NCBI GenBank assembly: GCA_002633005.1
Contig: NMRA01000338.1
Span: forward strand, 277,690 to 341,689
Origin: Phoronis australis
Taxonomy: Eukaryota > Animalia > Phoronida
Length of the DNA stretch: 64,000 nucleotides
Direction: 5' to 3'
Below the pieces are notes generated by a model that saw only the letters and a list, made by a program, of their open reading frames with translations, searched no databases and was not told the origin of the DNA. The position numbers were made by a program, and so were the translations under genes. Position 1 is the first letter of the stretch, and each line of letters begins with the position of its first letter. This document shows positions 1 to 12,455 of the stretch, piece by piece.

Positions 1-1029
1 GAACCAGAGCCAAGCTCTAAGTCAGCAGCTGGCCCCTGGGCTAATTCTTTAGATTCCACGTACGTTACTAAGCTGTAGCTTACTTTTGCGTCGTAACTAT
101 AATACTTCGTTTTTAGAAAAGTAACCACACATCCAGTCCATGGACCTAGGAGCAATATACATAAATATGTCCTCAATGCCGAAGCAGCCACATTTGTGTC
201 GGTAGAGAAGTAGGTATTGTACCGTTCTTAGTGGGTTTTACCTGGCAGTCCACACGTCACTGGACTTGCTGCGTTTCTTCCACTCTGATGTTGAAAACTC
301 TGTGACAAAATGAAAAGTTGTGTCTCGCTTCGCGGCGAAACCATTGCACGCGATAAAAGAAACTTTATTCGTTCTTATTTTTTGGCCCTTTCACTCCCAC
401 CAAAAAGGAAGTGAAGTTTAGAATAAAAGTGGCAAAAAAGGGAAGTAGACTGTTTTCATCCCAAAACATCTTCTTTCCTTCACCGCAATGCTAACTAAAC
501 ACAAGTCAACACCAGATTCTGAAAACAAATTTCCTACAGATTCCAAAAACATGGTCCACAAGTGCTGCTATTCTCTTAATTTTTTTAAAAATGTTGAGTT
601 GATTGAGGGCTACCTGAAATCGCAACAGATTTATCAGTCGCAGCAAGAATGCTATGGAAGTCCTTCATTTTGAAGAAAAGTGTATCTGAGGTCGATTTTG
701 TGCACTTTTCTTATCCCCAACCTGTTTACAAATGTAAACAAACCAAAACTAGATTCACTGAACCTAGTAATGCCTACCTTAAAACTGCGCCACACTGGAC
801 CTACTTCAAATATTTAATTTATTGGCAGTGTAAATTGCCCGCGGCTACAGTCTAACTGTACAGTGCCACGAAATGTCGAGCAGATCACGCCATTTGGCGG
901 TCGGCAGCGTCATTTTCAACCTTTCAGTGAACACTTTGCGTACAATACATAAACGTCCTTGTATACGGGTACCTTGTATTTGAATAGTCCAAAGCTCGAG
1001 TATTGCTGAATAGTTTCATTTGGTTGGAA

Positions 1030-1395
1030 GAGTAGTAATTTCTTTTTTCACAGCCAGTAAGAACATATTTACCCTTGACAGTTTTCGGCTCCCATCAATT
1101 ACCATCTTCCGAAATTATTGCACGCTTGGTGGCGTGGTGATGAGGCTGTTCCAAATTTTGGACATCGTGTAACCTCCGTCATCCCTGTTCATGACTGATC
1201 CACTCAATCTGGGTCAGGAAAAGTGGATCAGTCATGAACAGGGCCGATGGAGGTTATAAGTTGTACAAAATTTGAAACAGCCTGATCACCACGCCACCTA
1301 GCGTCCAATAACTTCGGAAGATGGCAGCTGATAGGAGCCGAAACTGTCAAGGGTAAATATGTTCTTACTGGTTGTTAAAAAAGAAACTAGTACTC
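1030..1395. mobile_element. Foldback/MITE-like palindrome with ~175-bp imperfect arms and a ~16-nt loop
   Basis: ccagtaagaacatatttacccttgacagttt pairs with aaactgtcaagggtaaatatgttcttactgg; ccctgttcatgactgatccact pairs with agtggatcagtcatgaacaggg. Confidence 0.8.
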
Positions 1396-1835
1396 ATAAA
1401 ACTCGAGTAATCGAAATTTGTATACAAGTTTTCAGATTCGATTTTGTGTTTGAAAGTCCTATACGAAATATAGTATGAATATAACTGATTGAGAATGGAG
1501 CGAAAAAATGAATATAATGCAGTACACTCACAGGACTCTTCAGTTCGGAAAGTGTTGATAAGTGATATAGGCTAATCCACTCACACCTCTTTATTTGATC
1601 AAGAAACAAAGAATAACGAATAGGTATTGTTCATCCATCTCCCGTTTTGAAAGAACATAAAATCGTTCACACTCTACTTCATTTGACAAGTGGAACATAT
1701 TTTTATTAAAAGATCGAGTGGGAACAAGTGTCTTTACATTTCGACTACTGGAACGTATACGAAAAATCGGTGTGTGTAGATAGTGCTTAAATGTACTATA
1801 TATTTCCTTTGACTACTCTTTTGTTTCTACATTAG

Positions 1836-1969
1836 ACGACTGGTACAGAGTGTGACGTTACCAGAAGGGTTTACCTGCCAACGCTGTGTGCTTCGACTAC
1901 TTCGCCAGGCCGTTGAATGGGGACGGGGATATGTTTTCAGAAGTTGTGCCGACATCAAAGTAGTGTCAG
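1836..1969 (+). CDS. Exon: C-terminal end of an LPMO-like domain (RLVQSVTLPEGFTCQRCVLRLLRQAVEWGRGYVFRSCADIKVVS)
   Basis: Pyrimidine tract + attag acceptor and g|gtaacc donor. The LPxxxxCxxCVL...FxxCADI pattern resembles the last strands of LPMO-fold domains. The exact acceptor is less certain. Confidence 0.8.
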
Positions 1970-2242
1970 GTAACCTCAACAGGGGGCGTTGTCATCGGAG
2001 GAATGGGAACGGATTGAAGGTTGAAAAATGGAAGTTCTGAAGGGTGAATGGAACCTAGCAGTGTATCGGAAAATGTATGGAGTTGAAGTCACGTGCTGTA
2101 GAACGATTTATTAGTTTTATGGCCACTCATGTTTGACTGAAATCCAGTGAAACGACAGGTAGAGCGTATGTAAACATGCATACACTGTAAGAATTTTCTC
2201 GTTTTATTTTTATTAAATTGTTCTTTTATGTCCTGTTTTCAG

Positions 2243-2341
2243 TTCCGATGGACACGCGGGACTGCTCAAATCAAGGTTCTTTTACTCAAGGAAAATGTCG
2301 ATGCAATAGGTTATACTCTGGGTCGAACTGTGAAAACAAGG
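2243..2341 (+). CDS. Exon: EGF-like module 1 (PMDTRDCSNQGSFTQGKCRCNRLYSGSNCENK)
   Basis: ttttcag acceptor, g|gtgagt donor, phase 1-1; CxCxxxYxGxxC motif. Confidence 0.9.
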
Positions 2342-3071
2342 GTGAGTTTTCAAATTGGTTTATCATACAATCCCTCTTGAAACAGATCTATGTGCCACCA
2401 GCGCCGGATGTGGGATGTCGCAAGGGGGAAAGTCATCATGCTTCAAAGGTAATAACGTAACGATACTTCGGTCGCTGGGCTCTCTGCATACGCCTATGGT
2501 CACCACCGCGTTCTATTAGCATCCACCACCACCACCACCATCCCACATTAACTTCGTCATCATAACCATGGTCGTCGTAGTCACCGGCGTCTTTGCTATC
2601 GTTATCAGAGTTTGTCTATTGGCACTGCGTGTGAGAACTGACTATCCAACCCAGTGTCTCGAAACAAGAGTGTGATTACAAAAGCAGAAATTTATTTTTG
2701 AGGGAATAATCAGCTTGCTAGATTTAGAGATGAATAATTTTTGCTCATGATATCGAAAACTAATTGACGATTGAATGAATGCGTTGTGTGTGTGTTTATT
2801 TATGACTTAGAATGTACAGCTGTTTGAGTTATTAATGCATGAAAACAGCCGCATGATGTAGTCATCCTGCTTATATTCACCAAATGTTGTCACATTCTGG
2901 ATATACGGCACACCCATTAGATAAATAGTCAGTGAAGCATTTTGCAAGCCGAGAACTTGTCCAGTTAGAAAGATAAGTCCTAACAAGCTGGGCAAAATGT
3001 AATGACCGTCTAATACCTGATCATCACTTAGAAGAAAATTTATTATTTCAAAAAATTCTTTTTATTTCTAG

Positions 3072-3194
3072 ACGAATGTCTTCTGGATTCTGACTGCGGT
3101 GGCCACGGGGTTTGCAGATCAGTGGACACCACGTTCTATCCAAAGAAACAATGCTACTGTTCCCCCGGCTGGTTCGGGGAAAACTGCGCTATGG
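3072..3194 (+). CDS. Exon: EGF-like module 2 (DECLLDSDCGGHGVCRSVDTTFYPKKQCYCSPGWFGENCAM)
   Basis: tttctag acceptor, g|gtacgt donor, phase 1-1; six-Cys EGF pattern. Absent from the ORF track and translated by hand. Confidence 0.92.
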
Positions 3195-3692
3195 GTACGT
3201 AGTAGTGGTAGTGGTAGAGTAACTGGTAGTGAACGTGATAGTGGTAGTAGTATATTGTTTATTTAAGTGACATGTGCTTGAATTGAAACAATTAATTCAG
3301 AATTTAAAATCACACCTAGCCCGTTGGGCTCATGTGACACTGGTTACATAGTAATGTATAAACACCTCTTGCATTAAAAAAGTGCTTGACATGAACATAA
3401 ACAGAAAGATCCCTGAACAAATTAATCTAAGCTTATGTATAGCAGAAAAATTCAAAAAAGTGGAATGCAAGTTGCTGGCCTCATTATATAGTTGACTACA
3501 TAAGTCGTGACACAAAATGCTAAAATTCCACAGCACTGAGACCACATAAGCGACATAACGTATTTTCTGGTTCAATATTAGTGCACCTTCCAACCTCATT
3601 TCCAATGTAAGAATTCCTAATTATCGAAACACCTCGTTATTTTATTTAAGCAATCTCAAGGTTCGTTTGATAAAAATTTCTTTAATTTTCAG

Positions 3693-3790
3693 AATCGTCG
3701 TTGTCTACTGTGGACGTCGACTTCAAGACATACCAGTTTGCTAACGTTGTGAAAGGGACTCATCAGTTGTTCTGGAAACATATTGCAAAG
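3693..3790 (+). CDS. Exon: start of DOMON 1 (ESSLSTVDVDFKTYQFANVVKGTHQLFWKHIAK)
   Basis: ttttcag acceptor, aag|gtaaag donor, phase 1-0; LFW first strand typical of DOMON. Confidence 0.85.
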
Positions 3791-4124
3791 GTAAAGAAAA
3801 CCAAACGATCCTGTACATGTAGCTAATTTGTTAAACACTGCTCTTAAACGTCAAGTAGGGCCTACATGTAGCCTACCGTGGCAAAGCCTACTCTTGATAA
3901 TACATGACGATTACATGACATTGTGAACCTGAACTCAATTAGTCATTACTCAAATTACCGCTGATCTCTGGGATTGAAAAGGATTTGCAACTGGGTTCCA
4001 CGAATGACTTGTCACAGCGGGTGATTCCGTGCGCCGAGCATGAGTAAAGAGATGGTAAACTGTCAGTAGTCATTCTAAGCCCTGAAAGCATTACTGATCT
4101 GATAAAGGACAATGTGAGACCGGG

Positions 4125-4285
4125 CGTGCGTTCAGTAGACGCTAGGACCTACGCTAGGACCTACGCTAGGACCTAGCTAAAGTCTAGTCAAGGTCACGTG
4201 TTTTTATTTAAAATACACGGGAATATCTCACGTAATCTCGCGAAGTCTTGCTTTTTAGCGAGGTCCTAGCGTTACTGAACGGAAG
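4125..4285. mobile_element. Small MITE with cgttcagta..cgctaggacct inverted ends; related copy in opposite orientation at ~9513-9615
   Basis: Inverted termini, internal triplication of acgctaggacct, and a shared cgctaggacctcgctaaaaa.caagacttcgcgagatta segment at 9515. Confidence 0.65.
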
Positions 4286-4466
4286 GCGGTTTTATAGCGG
4301 TGTGCGACCCAAATCAAAATTCCGTTTTTAGCGGAACGGATATCGTGCAACAGCTTAGGATAATGATTATGGTGACAACTCTAAACCATTCCAAAAAACC
4401 TCATGTGAACTCAGTATTAAAAATAAACGACGTATTTCTTAATAGCGCTTGTTCTAATTCTCATAG

Positions 4467-7400
4467 GATCAAGAAGTTGAAGTCATAATGAGAGTAAAAA
4501 CAAACACTTGGGTTGGAATTGGTTGGCGGCCAAAGAGTCTAACAAACGCTTGTAGGAATTTTCCTCTTTCTATCGGCTCGCCAATGGCTGAGCCCGTGTC
4601 TACCGCAGAGCCGGAATCCACTTCTGAACCAGAAAGCACGGCTGAACCGGAGTCAACTGCTGAGCCGGAATCCACGGCCGAACCCAAATCGACAGCTGAA
4701 CCGGAATCCACGGCCGAACCCAAATCGACAGCTGAACCGGAATCCACGGCCGAACCCAAATCGACAGCTGAACCGGAATCCACGGCCGAACCCAAATCGA
4801 CAGCTGAACCGGAATCCACGGCCGAACCCAAATCGACAGCTGAACCGGAATCCACGGCCGAACCCAAATCGACAGCTGAACCGGAATCCACGGCCGAACC
4901 CAAATCGACAGCTGAACCGGAATCCACGGCCGAACCCAAATCGACAGCTGAACCGGAATCCACGGCCGAACCCAAATCGACAGCTGAACCGGAATCCACG
5001 GCCGAACCCAAATCGACAGCTGAACCGGAATCCACGGCCGAACCCAAATCGACAGCTGAACCGGAATCCACGGCCGAACCCAAATCGACAGCTGAACCGG
5101 AATCCACGGCCGAACCCAAATCGACAGCTGAACCGGAATCCACGGCCGAACCCAAATCGACAGCTGAACCGGAATCCACGGCCGAACCCAAATCGACAGC
5201 TGAACCGGAATCCACGGCCGAACCCAAATCGACAGCTGAACCGGAATCCACGGCCGAACCCAAATCGACAGCTGAACCGGAATCCACGGCCGAACCCAAA
5301 TCGACAGCTGAACCGGAATCCACGGCCGAACCCAAATCGACAGCTGAACCGGAATCCACGGCCGAACCCAAATCGACAGCTGAACCGGAATCCACGGCCG
5401 AACCCAAATCGACAGCTGAACCGGAATCCACGGCCGAACCCAAATCGACAGCTGAACCGGAATCCACGGCCGAACCCAAATCGACAGCTGAACCGGAATC
5501 CACGGCCGAACCCAAATCGACAGCTGAACCGGAATCCACGGCCGAACCCAAATCGACAGCTGAACCGGAATCCACGGCCGAACCCAAATCGACAGCTGAA
5601 CCGGAATCCACGGCCGAACCCAAATCGACAGCTGAACCGGAATCCACGGCCGAACCCAAATCGACAGCTGAACCGGAATCCACGGCCGAACCCAAATCGA
5701 CAGCTGAACCGGAATCCACGGCCGAACCCAAATCGACAGCTGAACCGGAATCCACGGCCGAACCCAAATCGACAGCTGAACCGGAATCCACGGCCGAACC
5801 CAAATCGACAGCTGAACCGGAATCCACGGCCGAACCCAAATCGACAGCTGAACCGGAATCCACGGCCGAACCCAAATCGACAGCTGAACCGGAATCCACG
5901 GCCGAACCCAAATCGACAGCTGAACCGGAATCCACGGCCGAACCCAAATCGACAGCTGAACCGGAATCCACGGCCGAACCCAAATCGACAGCTGAACCGG
6001 AATCCACGGCCGAACCCAAATCGACAGCTGAACCGGAATCCACGGCCGAACCCAAATCGACAGCTGAACCGGAATCCACGGCCGAACCCAAATCGACAGC
6101 TGAACCGGAATCCACGGCCGAACCCAAATCGACAGCTGAACCGGAATCCACGGCCGAACCCAAATCGACAGCTGAACCGGAATCCACGGCCGAACCCAAA
6201 TCGACAGCTGAACCGGAATCCACGGCCGAACCCAAATCGACAGCTGAACCGGAATCCACGGCCGAACCCAAATCGACAGCTGAACCGGAATCCACGGCCG
6301 AACCCAAATCGACAGCTGAACCGGAATCCACGGCCGAACCCAAATCGACAGCTGAACCGGAATCCACGGCCGAACCCAAATCGACAGCTGAACCGGAATC
6401 CACGGCCGAACCCAAATCGACAGCTGAACCGGAATCCACGGCCGAACCCAAATCGACAGCTGAACCGGAATCCACGGCCGAACCCAAATCGACAGCTGAA
6501 CCGGAATCCACGGCCGAACCCAAATCGACAGCTGAACCGGAATCCACGGCCGAACCCAAATCGACAGCTGAACCGGAATCCACGGCCGAACCCAAATCGA
6601 CAGCTGAACCGGAATCCACGGCCGAACCCAAATCGACAGCTGAACCGGAATCCACGGCCGAACCCAAATCGACAGCTGAACCGGAATCCACGGCCGAACC
6701 CAAATCGACAGCTGAACCGGAATCCACGGCCGAACCCAAATCGACAGCTGAACCGGAATCCACGGCCGAACCCAAATCGACAGCTGAACCGGAATCCACG
6801 GCCGAACCCAAATCGACAGCTGAACCGGAATCCACGGCCGAACCCAAATCGACAGCTGAACCGGAATCCACGGCCGAACCCAAATCGACAGCTGAACCGG
6901 AATCCACGGCCGAACCCAAATCGACAGCTGAACCGGAATCCACGGCCGAACCCAAATCGACAGCTGAACCGGAATCCACGGCCGAACCCAAATCGACAGC
7001 TGAACCGGAATCCACGGCCGAACCCAAATCGACAGCTGAACCGGAATCCACGGCCGAACCCAAATCGACAGCTGAACCGGAATCCACGGCCGAACCCAAA
7101 TCGACAGCTGAACCGGAATCCACGGCCGAACCCAAATCGACAGCTGAACCGGAATCCACGGCCGAACCCAAATCGACAGCTGAACCGGAATCCACGGCCG
7201 AACCCAAATCGACAGCTGAACCGGAATCCACGGCCGAACCCAAATCGACAGCTGAACCGGAATCCACGGCCGAACCCAAATCGACAGCTGAACCGGAATC
7301 CACGGCCGAACCCAAATCGACAGCTGAACCGGAATCCACGGCCGAACCCAAATCGACAGCTGAACCGGAATCCACGGCCGAACCCAAATCGACAGCTGAA

Positions 7401-8865
7401 CCGGAATCCACGGCCGAACCCAAATCGACAGCTGAACCGGAATCCACGGCCGAACCCAAATCGACAGCTGAACCGGAATCCACGGCCGAACCCAAATCGA
7501 CAGCTGAACCGGAATCCACGGCCGAACCCAAATCGACAGCTGAACCGGAATCCACGGCCGAACCCAAATCGACAGCTGAACCGGAATCCACGGCCGAACC
7601 CAAATCGACAGCTGAACCGGAATCCACGGCCGAACCCAAATCGACAGCTGAACCGGAATCCACGGCCGAACCCAAATCGACAGCTGAACCGGAATCCACG
7701 GCCGAACCCAAATCGACAGCTGAACCGGAATCCACGGCCGAACCCAAATCGACAGCTGAACCGGAATCCACGGCCGAACCCAAATCGACAGCTGAACCGG
7801 AATCCACGGCCGAACCCAAATCGACAGCTGAACCGGAATCCACGGCCGAACCCAAATCGACAGCTGAACCGGAATCCACGGCCGAACCCAAATCGACAGC
7901 TGAACCGGAATCCACGGCCGAACCCAAATCGACAGCTGAACCGGAATCCACGGCCGAACCCAAATCGACAGCTGAACCGGAATCCACGGCCGAACCCAAA
8001 TCGACAGCTGAACCGGAATCCACGGCCGAACCCAAATCGACAGCTGAACCGGAATCCACGGCCGAACCCAAATCGACAGCTGAACCGGAATCCACGGCCG
8101 AACCCAAATCGACAGCTGAACCGGAATCCACGGCCGAACCCAAATCGACAGCTGAACCGGAATCCACGGCCGAACCCAAATCGACAGCTGAACCGGAATC
8201 CACGGCCGAACCCAAATCGACAGCTGAACCGGAATCCACGGCCGAACCCAAATCGACAGCTGAACCGGAATCCACGGCCGAACCCAAATCGACAGCTGAA
8301 CCGGAATCCACGGCCGAACCCAAATCGACAGCTGAACCGGAATCCACGGCCGAACCCAAATCGACAGCTGAACCGGAATCCACGGCCGAACCCAAATCGA
8401 CAGCTGAACCGGAATCCACGGCCGAACCCAAATCGACAGCTGAACCGGAATCCACGGCCGAACCCAAATCGACAGCTGAACCGGAATCCACGGCCGAACC
8501 CAAATCGACAGCTGAACCGGAATCCACGGCCGAACCCAAATCGACAGCTGAACCGGAATCCACGGCCGAACCCAAATCGACAGCTGAACCGGAATCCACG
8601 GCCGAACCCAAATCGACAGCTGAACCGGAATCCACGGCCGAACCCAAATCGACAGCTGAACCGGAATCCACGGCCGAACCCAAATCGACAGCTGAACCGG
8701 AATCCACGGCCGAACCCAAATCGACAGCTGAACCGGAATCCACGGCCGAACCCAAATCGACAGCTGAACCGGAATCCACGGCCGAACCCAAATCGACAGC
8801 TGAACCGGAATCCACGGCCGAACCCAAATCGACAGCTGAACCGGAATCCACGGCCGAACCCAAAT
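4467..8865 (+). CDS. Exon: DOMON 1 strands (DQEVEVIMRVKTNTWVGIGWRP) followed by the (STAEPESTAEPK)n repeat; 3' end lost at N 8866
   Basis: tcatag acceptor in phase 0; WVGIGW DOMON motif; the frame stays open through the repeat to the N. Confidence 0.85.
4665..8865 (+). repeat. Coding minisatellite, 36-bp unit ccggaatccacggccgaacccaaatcgacagctgaa, about 117 apparently identical copies
   Basis: Read directly; 4201 bp / 36. Preceded by about 4 diverged 18-bp half-units (~4590-4664) and ends at N 8866. Confidence 0.97.
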
Positions 8866-9100
8866 NCTTTGTATGAGGTCGTGCTTACTTCCTCTCATAG
8901 AAGCACCCTTTTTACGCAATCTCAGATTGAGTTGGCACGGCTGCAAGCCCTTTCACCATGTATTTAAAGGGCTCGCGAAATCGAGGCTGTTACTATCACC
9001 ACTAGTACACGCACGCCCTCTAGTTATTGTAGATTTTCCGAATAGCCCCATTGCTCTGTCTCAGATGAATAACGTTTTCCCATGCCTACATATTTTACAG

Positions 9101-9298
9101 CTACGGAGCCCCAAGACTACTCGATTGAAAACAATCCCATGCATATCATATTTGCGAGTGGCCAACAGAAAGGTGCATACACTCATAGACAGAAATCTGG
9201 TGTTGACACGTGCGAATCGTGTGACAAAGATTTCTACAAAGAAGACGAATTGAAGTATCACGGTCTAACCAGAGGCGTATCATCGATAAACTTTCTAG
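9101..9298 (+). CDS. Exon: C-terminal part of DOMON 1 (TEPQDYSIENNPMHIIFASGQ...DELKYHGLTRGVSSINFL)
   Basis: ttttacag acceptor, g|gtaaga donor; D-x-x-I, IIFAxG and YHG..RG DOMON motifs. Confidence 0.9.
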
Positions 9299-10018
9299 GT
9301 AAGAATAAATCTGGCTCTACTGATTTGTTAATAAGTATTGTATAGTTTGTAATGATCAGTGGTCCAAACCAACCTGCAACTTTTACATGCATCAAGTTTT
9401 TCAACGATCAACATTACGGCAGAACTGGCATCGATTGGCAGTTTCTGTGACAAAAGGCAACAATAAAACACAATTTTAACTTAAAAGGGCATAGGATCTG
9501 GGTAGAGTTAAGCAACGCTAGGACCTCGCTAAAAACCAAGACTTCGCGAGATTACAAGAGATATTTCGTAAATTTTCAATGAGAGCACGTGATTTTGGCC
9601 TGAGGCGTCCTTAGCTTCTAATCCTTCCCAGTACACTATACAATATCACAAGGTCTGACACTCAGGTATAAGAACTCCACGGATGCTTCACTTCAGTAGT
9701 CCATATCAAAGACGCATCTCAATAAATTAACACAAAAAAGATTCATCAAACCATGAGCGATTGTTCTTTCTCCTGATAGCATCTACAGCGTCCTGCTCCT
9801 CACTGATCAATGCATTCGGCAATAAATTTCGTTTTCAGTATGTCCAATACACGTCGCACGCCCATCTAATTGAGCTTCAGGTAACCTGCTGGCATTAACC
9901 TCTAGATAATGACGGTGCTCGAAAAATGAGTCTGTTTTGATCCTGGGGTGATTTTGACTAACGAAGAATTAAGTTTTGATCGCATGACCTCGTATATAAA
10001 CTTCAACATTGATTACAG

Positions 10019-10200
10019 AGAAACCGTCTGAGAACTCGCCGTGCACATACTTGTATCGCACGCCCCGTGGATGCAGCGGCAAGTTTTGCGACTACAGAGT
10101 TACGTGGACTTACGAAACAGAAACGGATTCTATATCCTTCATTCTCTCTGGAAAATCAGGCCAGTGGCTGGGCCTTGGTATATCGGAGGATAGGGTTATG
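10019..10200 (+). CDS. Exon: start of DOMON 2 (EKPSENSPCTY...YRVTWTY...WLGLGISEDRVM)
   Basis: ttacag acceptor, atg|gtgagc donor, phase 1-0; WxGLGxS...M motif. Confidence 0.9.
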
Positions 10201-11446
10201 GTGAGCAATTTCGCGTTATGCACCAACACACTCTTAGTTGGGGGGTGTTGATGGTTTTGCAGCGCGATGCATTGCTTCCAGTTCAAAATCAGATTGAGTT
10301 GTGAGGGTGAATTTAGGAAGAACCATTCTGTCCTCGAGGCGTTACCACGTTCATGATTATGACTTCGCCCTGGACTAAGTGGTTTTATTGAGATAAATAG
10401 CTACTTTGCAGAGACTTAAGGAGGGTGGAATTTCTGTAGTTCATCATTACAAACAGAAATTAAAAATTAAATTAAACTTAGAAGATGGTTGTATGGCAAA
10501 AATCACCGTTATTGAAACGCTGAAAGCCGATAACCAAGGTAATGAAATACATGTCTGATTATAGATAAAGGTATATAGTATGATTTCTACTTCAAAGAAA
10601 TGATCGACGTAAACGTGGGACTAAGAAAAAAGATAATTTTGTCCAAAAATATGTGAATATACAAAGACTTCACATATTGCGAACGAGGATTAAACACAAG
10701 ATGTAAACCTAGTGCAACAAAACGTGGATAAATCTAAGAGTGTATACATTACAATGGTGTGAGAGAAGAGTTTAGCAGGAAGGCACTAAAATGAGTAAAA
10801 CTGAATCCTTCTCGAGCCACCAAATGTCACTAAACCGGTTGCTAACTTCAGCTTTTGTAGTTTTAGAAGATGTGAGTGCAACAACCAGAAATTGAACCCA
10901 CGTCCTTTTCAGCCGAGTCTCCCACAAATACGCACACGCACATGCAAACACATACACCTAGGCAGACTTAGGCATTGTGTCATAAGTGCACATCGTAGTC
11001 GCGGTCCACAAATTGTTGAAGCCTTAATTTCGCTGTTTTAAACATGATGGTTGAAAAAGATAGCTCTTCAAGAATGTCTATGGGATGGTTAAGTTTTTGG
11101 AGTGATTTTTACAATAGGCTGGTGTAGTTTACGTGCAACAACACGTAACTGCTCACAAGAGCGGTGACTTTTTCATAGAAGCTCCATAAAAATTACCCCT
11201 TTTCTTCTTGTCCAAACTCCAAATAGGTGTGTGGTATCCTACTGTCTCATCTGCACCCCAATCAAAATTTTTATCCAGTAGCCCCCGCGGACTAACCCAG
11301 CCGTGACAACCAGGAAAATATTAGTGATCTGTACGAGTAAAGCCGTACCCGTGCATGGCTGGACAGAGCTACTGACACTTGACACTGCGTTACACCGACC
11401 GGAAATACTAGGCCATCTTTCTTCCAGACATGGTTTGTAACGGGAG

Positions 11447-11663
11447 GTACGTTTGACCTGTGGGATTAGACAATTTCCCCTCAATATTTTTACCCTTGAG
11501 GTAGGTTTGACCTGTGGAATTAGGAAACTTAAATCCAATCTGTTTTATCTTCGATATAGGTTTGACCTGTGGCATTAGACAATTTCAATCAAATGTTTTT
11601 ATCCTTGAGATAGACCTGACCTGCGGGATTAGATAATTTCAACCCAATTGTTTTTCATTTCAG
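11447..11663 (+). repeat. Four diverged 54-55 bp tandem repeats ending at an exon acceptor
   Basis: Units 11447-11500, 11501-11555, 11556-11609, 11610-11663 share tgacctgtgggattagacaatttc...ttttatccttgag. Confidence 0.85.
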
Positions 11664-11725
11664 CCAAAAACTGATGCCATCATTGGCTTTATTGATGGTG
11701 ATGGGAAGGCCCACATCATGGATAC
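11664..11725 (+). CDS. Exon: DOMON 2 middle (PKTDAIIGFIDGDGKAHIMDT)
   Basis: tttcag acceptor, ac|gtaagt donor, phase 0-2; completes the M-x-x-x-D-A-I-I-G motif. Confidence 0.9.
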
Positions 11726-12098
11726 GTAAGTACGAATTGACACTTGCGAGTGCTTTTTGACATTTACACCAAAGTCAATGGATTTTTTATCGCCGAGTAG
11801 ATTTACTGAGATACACAGCGAAAACAGCAATATGAAGTGTTTCATTCCTTTGTTTCTCTTGTATTGTTGTGGCCGAAAACCAACGACCGTCGTGTTCATT
11901 ATGCAACGTGTTCTGTATATTTGTGGTCATTATCGATTTTGCCGCTGTAAAACGCATTTTGGGTTATCATTCAATGGGATAGACTTACTGGAGTATTAGC
12001 TTTTATAGGTGCTGTAAAACAAATGTTCAGTTCTCGCCGTTGTCTGTTAGATATTCGCGAAATCAACACCGGTGTCATCCCCATTTAAATACGTTAAA

Positions 12099-12455
12099 TT
12101 TTTAACGCGTGGGATTTGGCTCAACGGCTATGGAATCTCAAGAATGTCACTATGTTAGCGCCTTCTGGTTTTACTCGTTAGCGCGTTAGACAAACTATTC
12201 CTGGAGCCAATGAACTTTCACGATTTCCGAAACTAAAACTTGTATAGCAGTAAATAAGGTCACTTGACCCTGTCACTTATGCTCCGTGAACTTAATACTG
12301 TTGCTGTGTTGCTGACATATTACAATATGTTGGGTATAACTATACGTTGACATAAAGAATTCAATAAGAAATTATCTCAGATGTCCTGTGACTGAGTGGG
12401 ATTGGTGTATTAATATGAAGGGTTCCTAAAAGAGTACATTTCTACGCGTTAAAAT
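12099..12455. mobile_element. Possible TTAA-flanked MITE
   Basis: ttttaacgcgtgg at the left pairs with ctacgcgttaaaa at the right; short match only. Confidence 0.35.

Noticed and set aside
4665-8865. Repeat array as a CRISPR
   Set aside because: Head-to-tail identical units with no spacers, inside a spliced eukaryotic exon, and no cas genes.
4469-8946. Two ~1450-aa minus-strand ORFs, (GSAVDSGSAVDL)n and (WVRPWIPVQLSI)n
   Set aside because: Shadow frames of a stop-free 36-bp repeat; only the + frame joins flanking exons with domain motifs.
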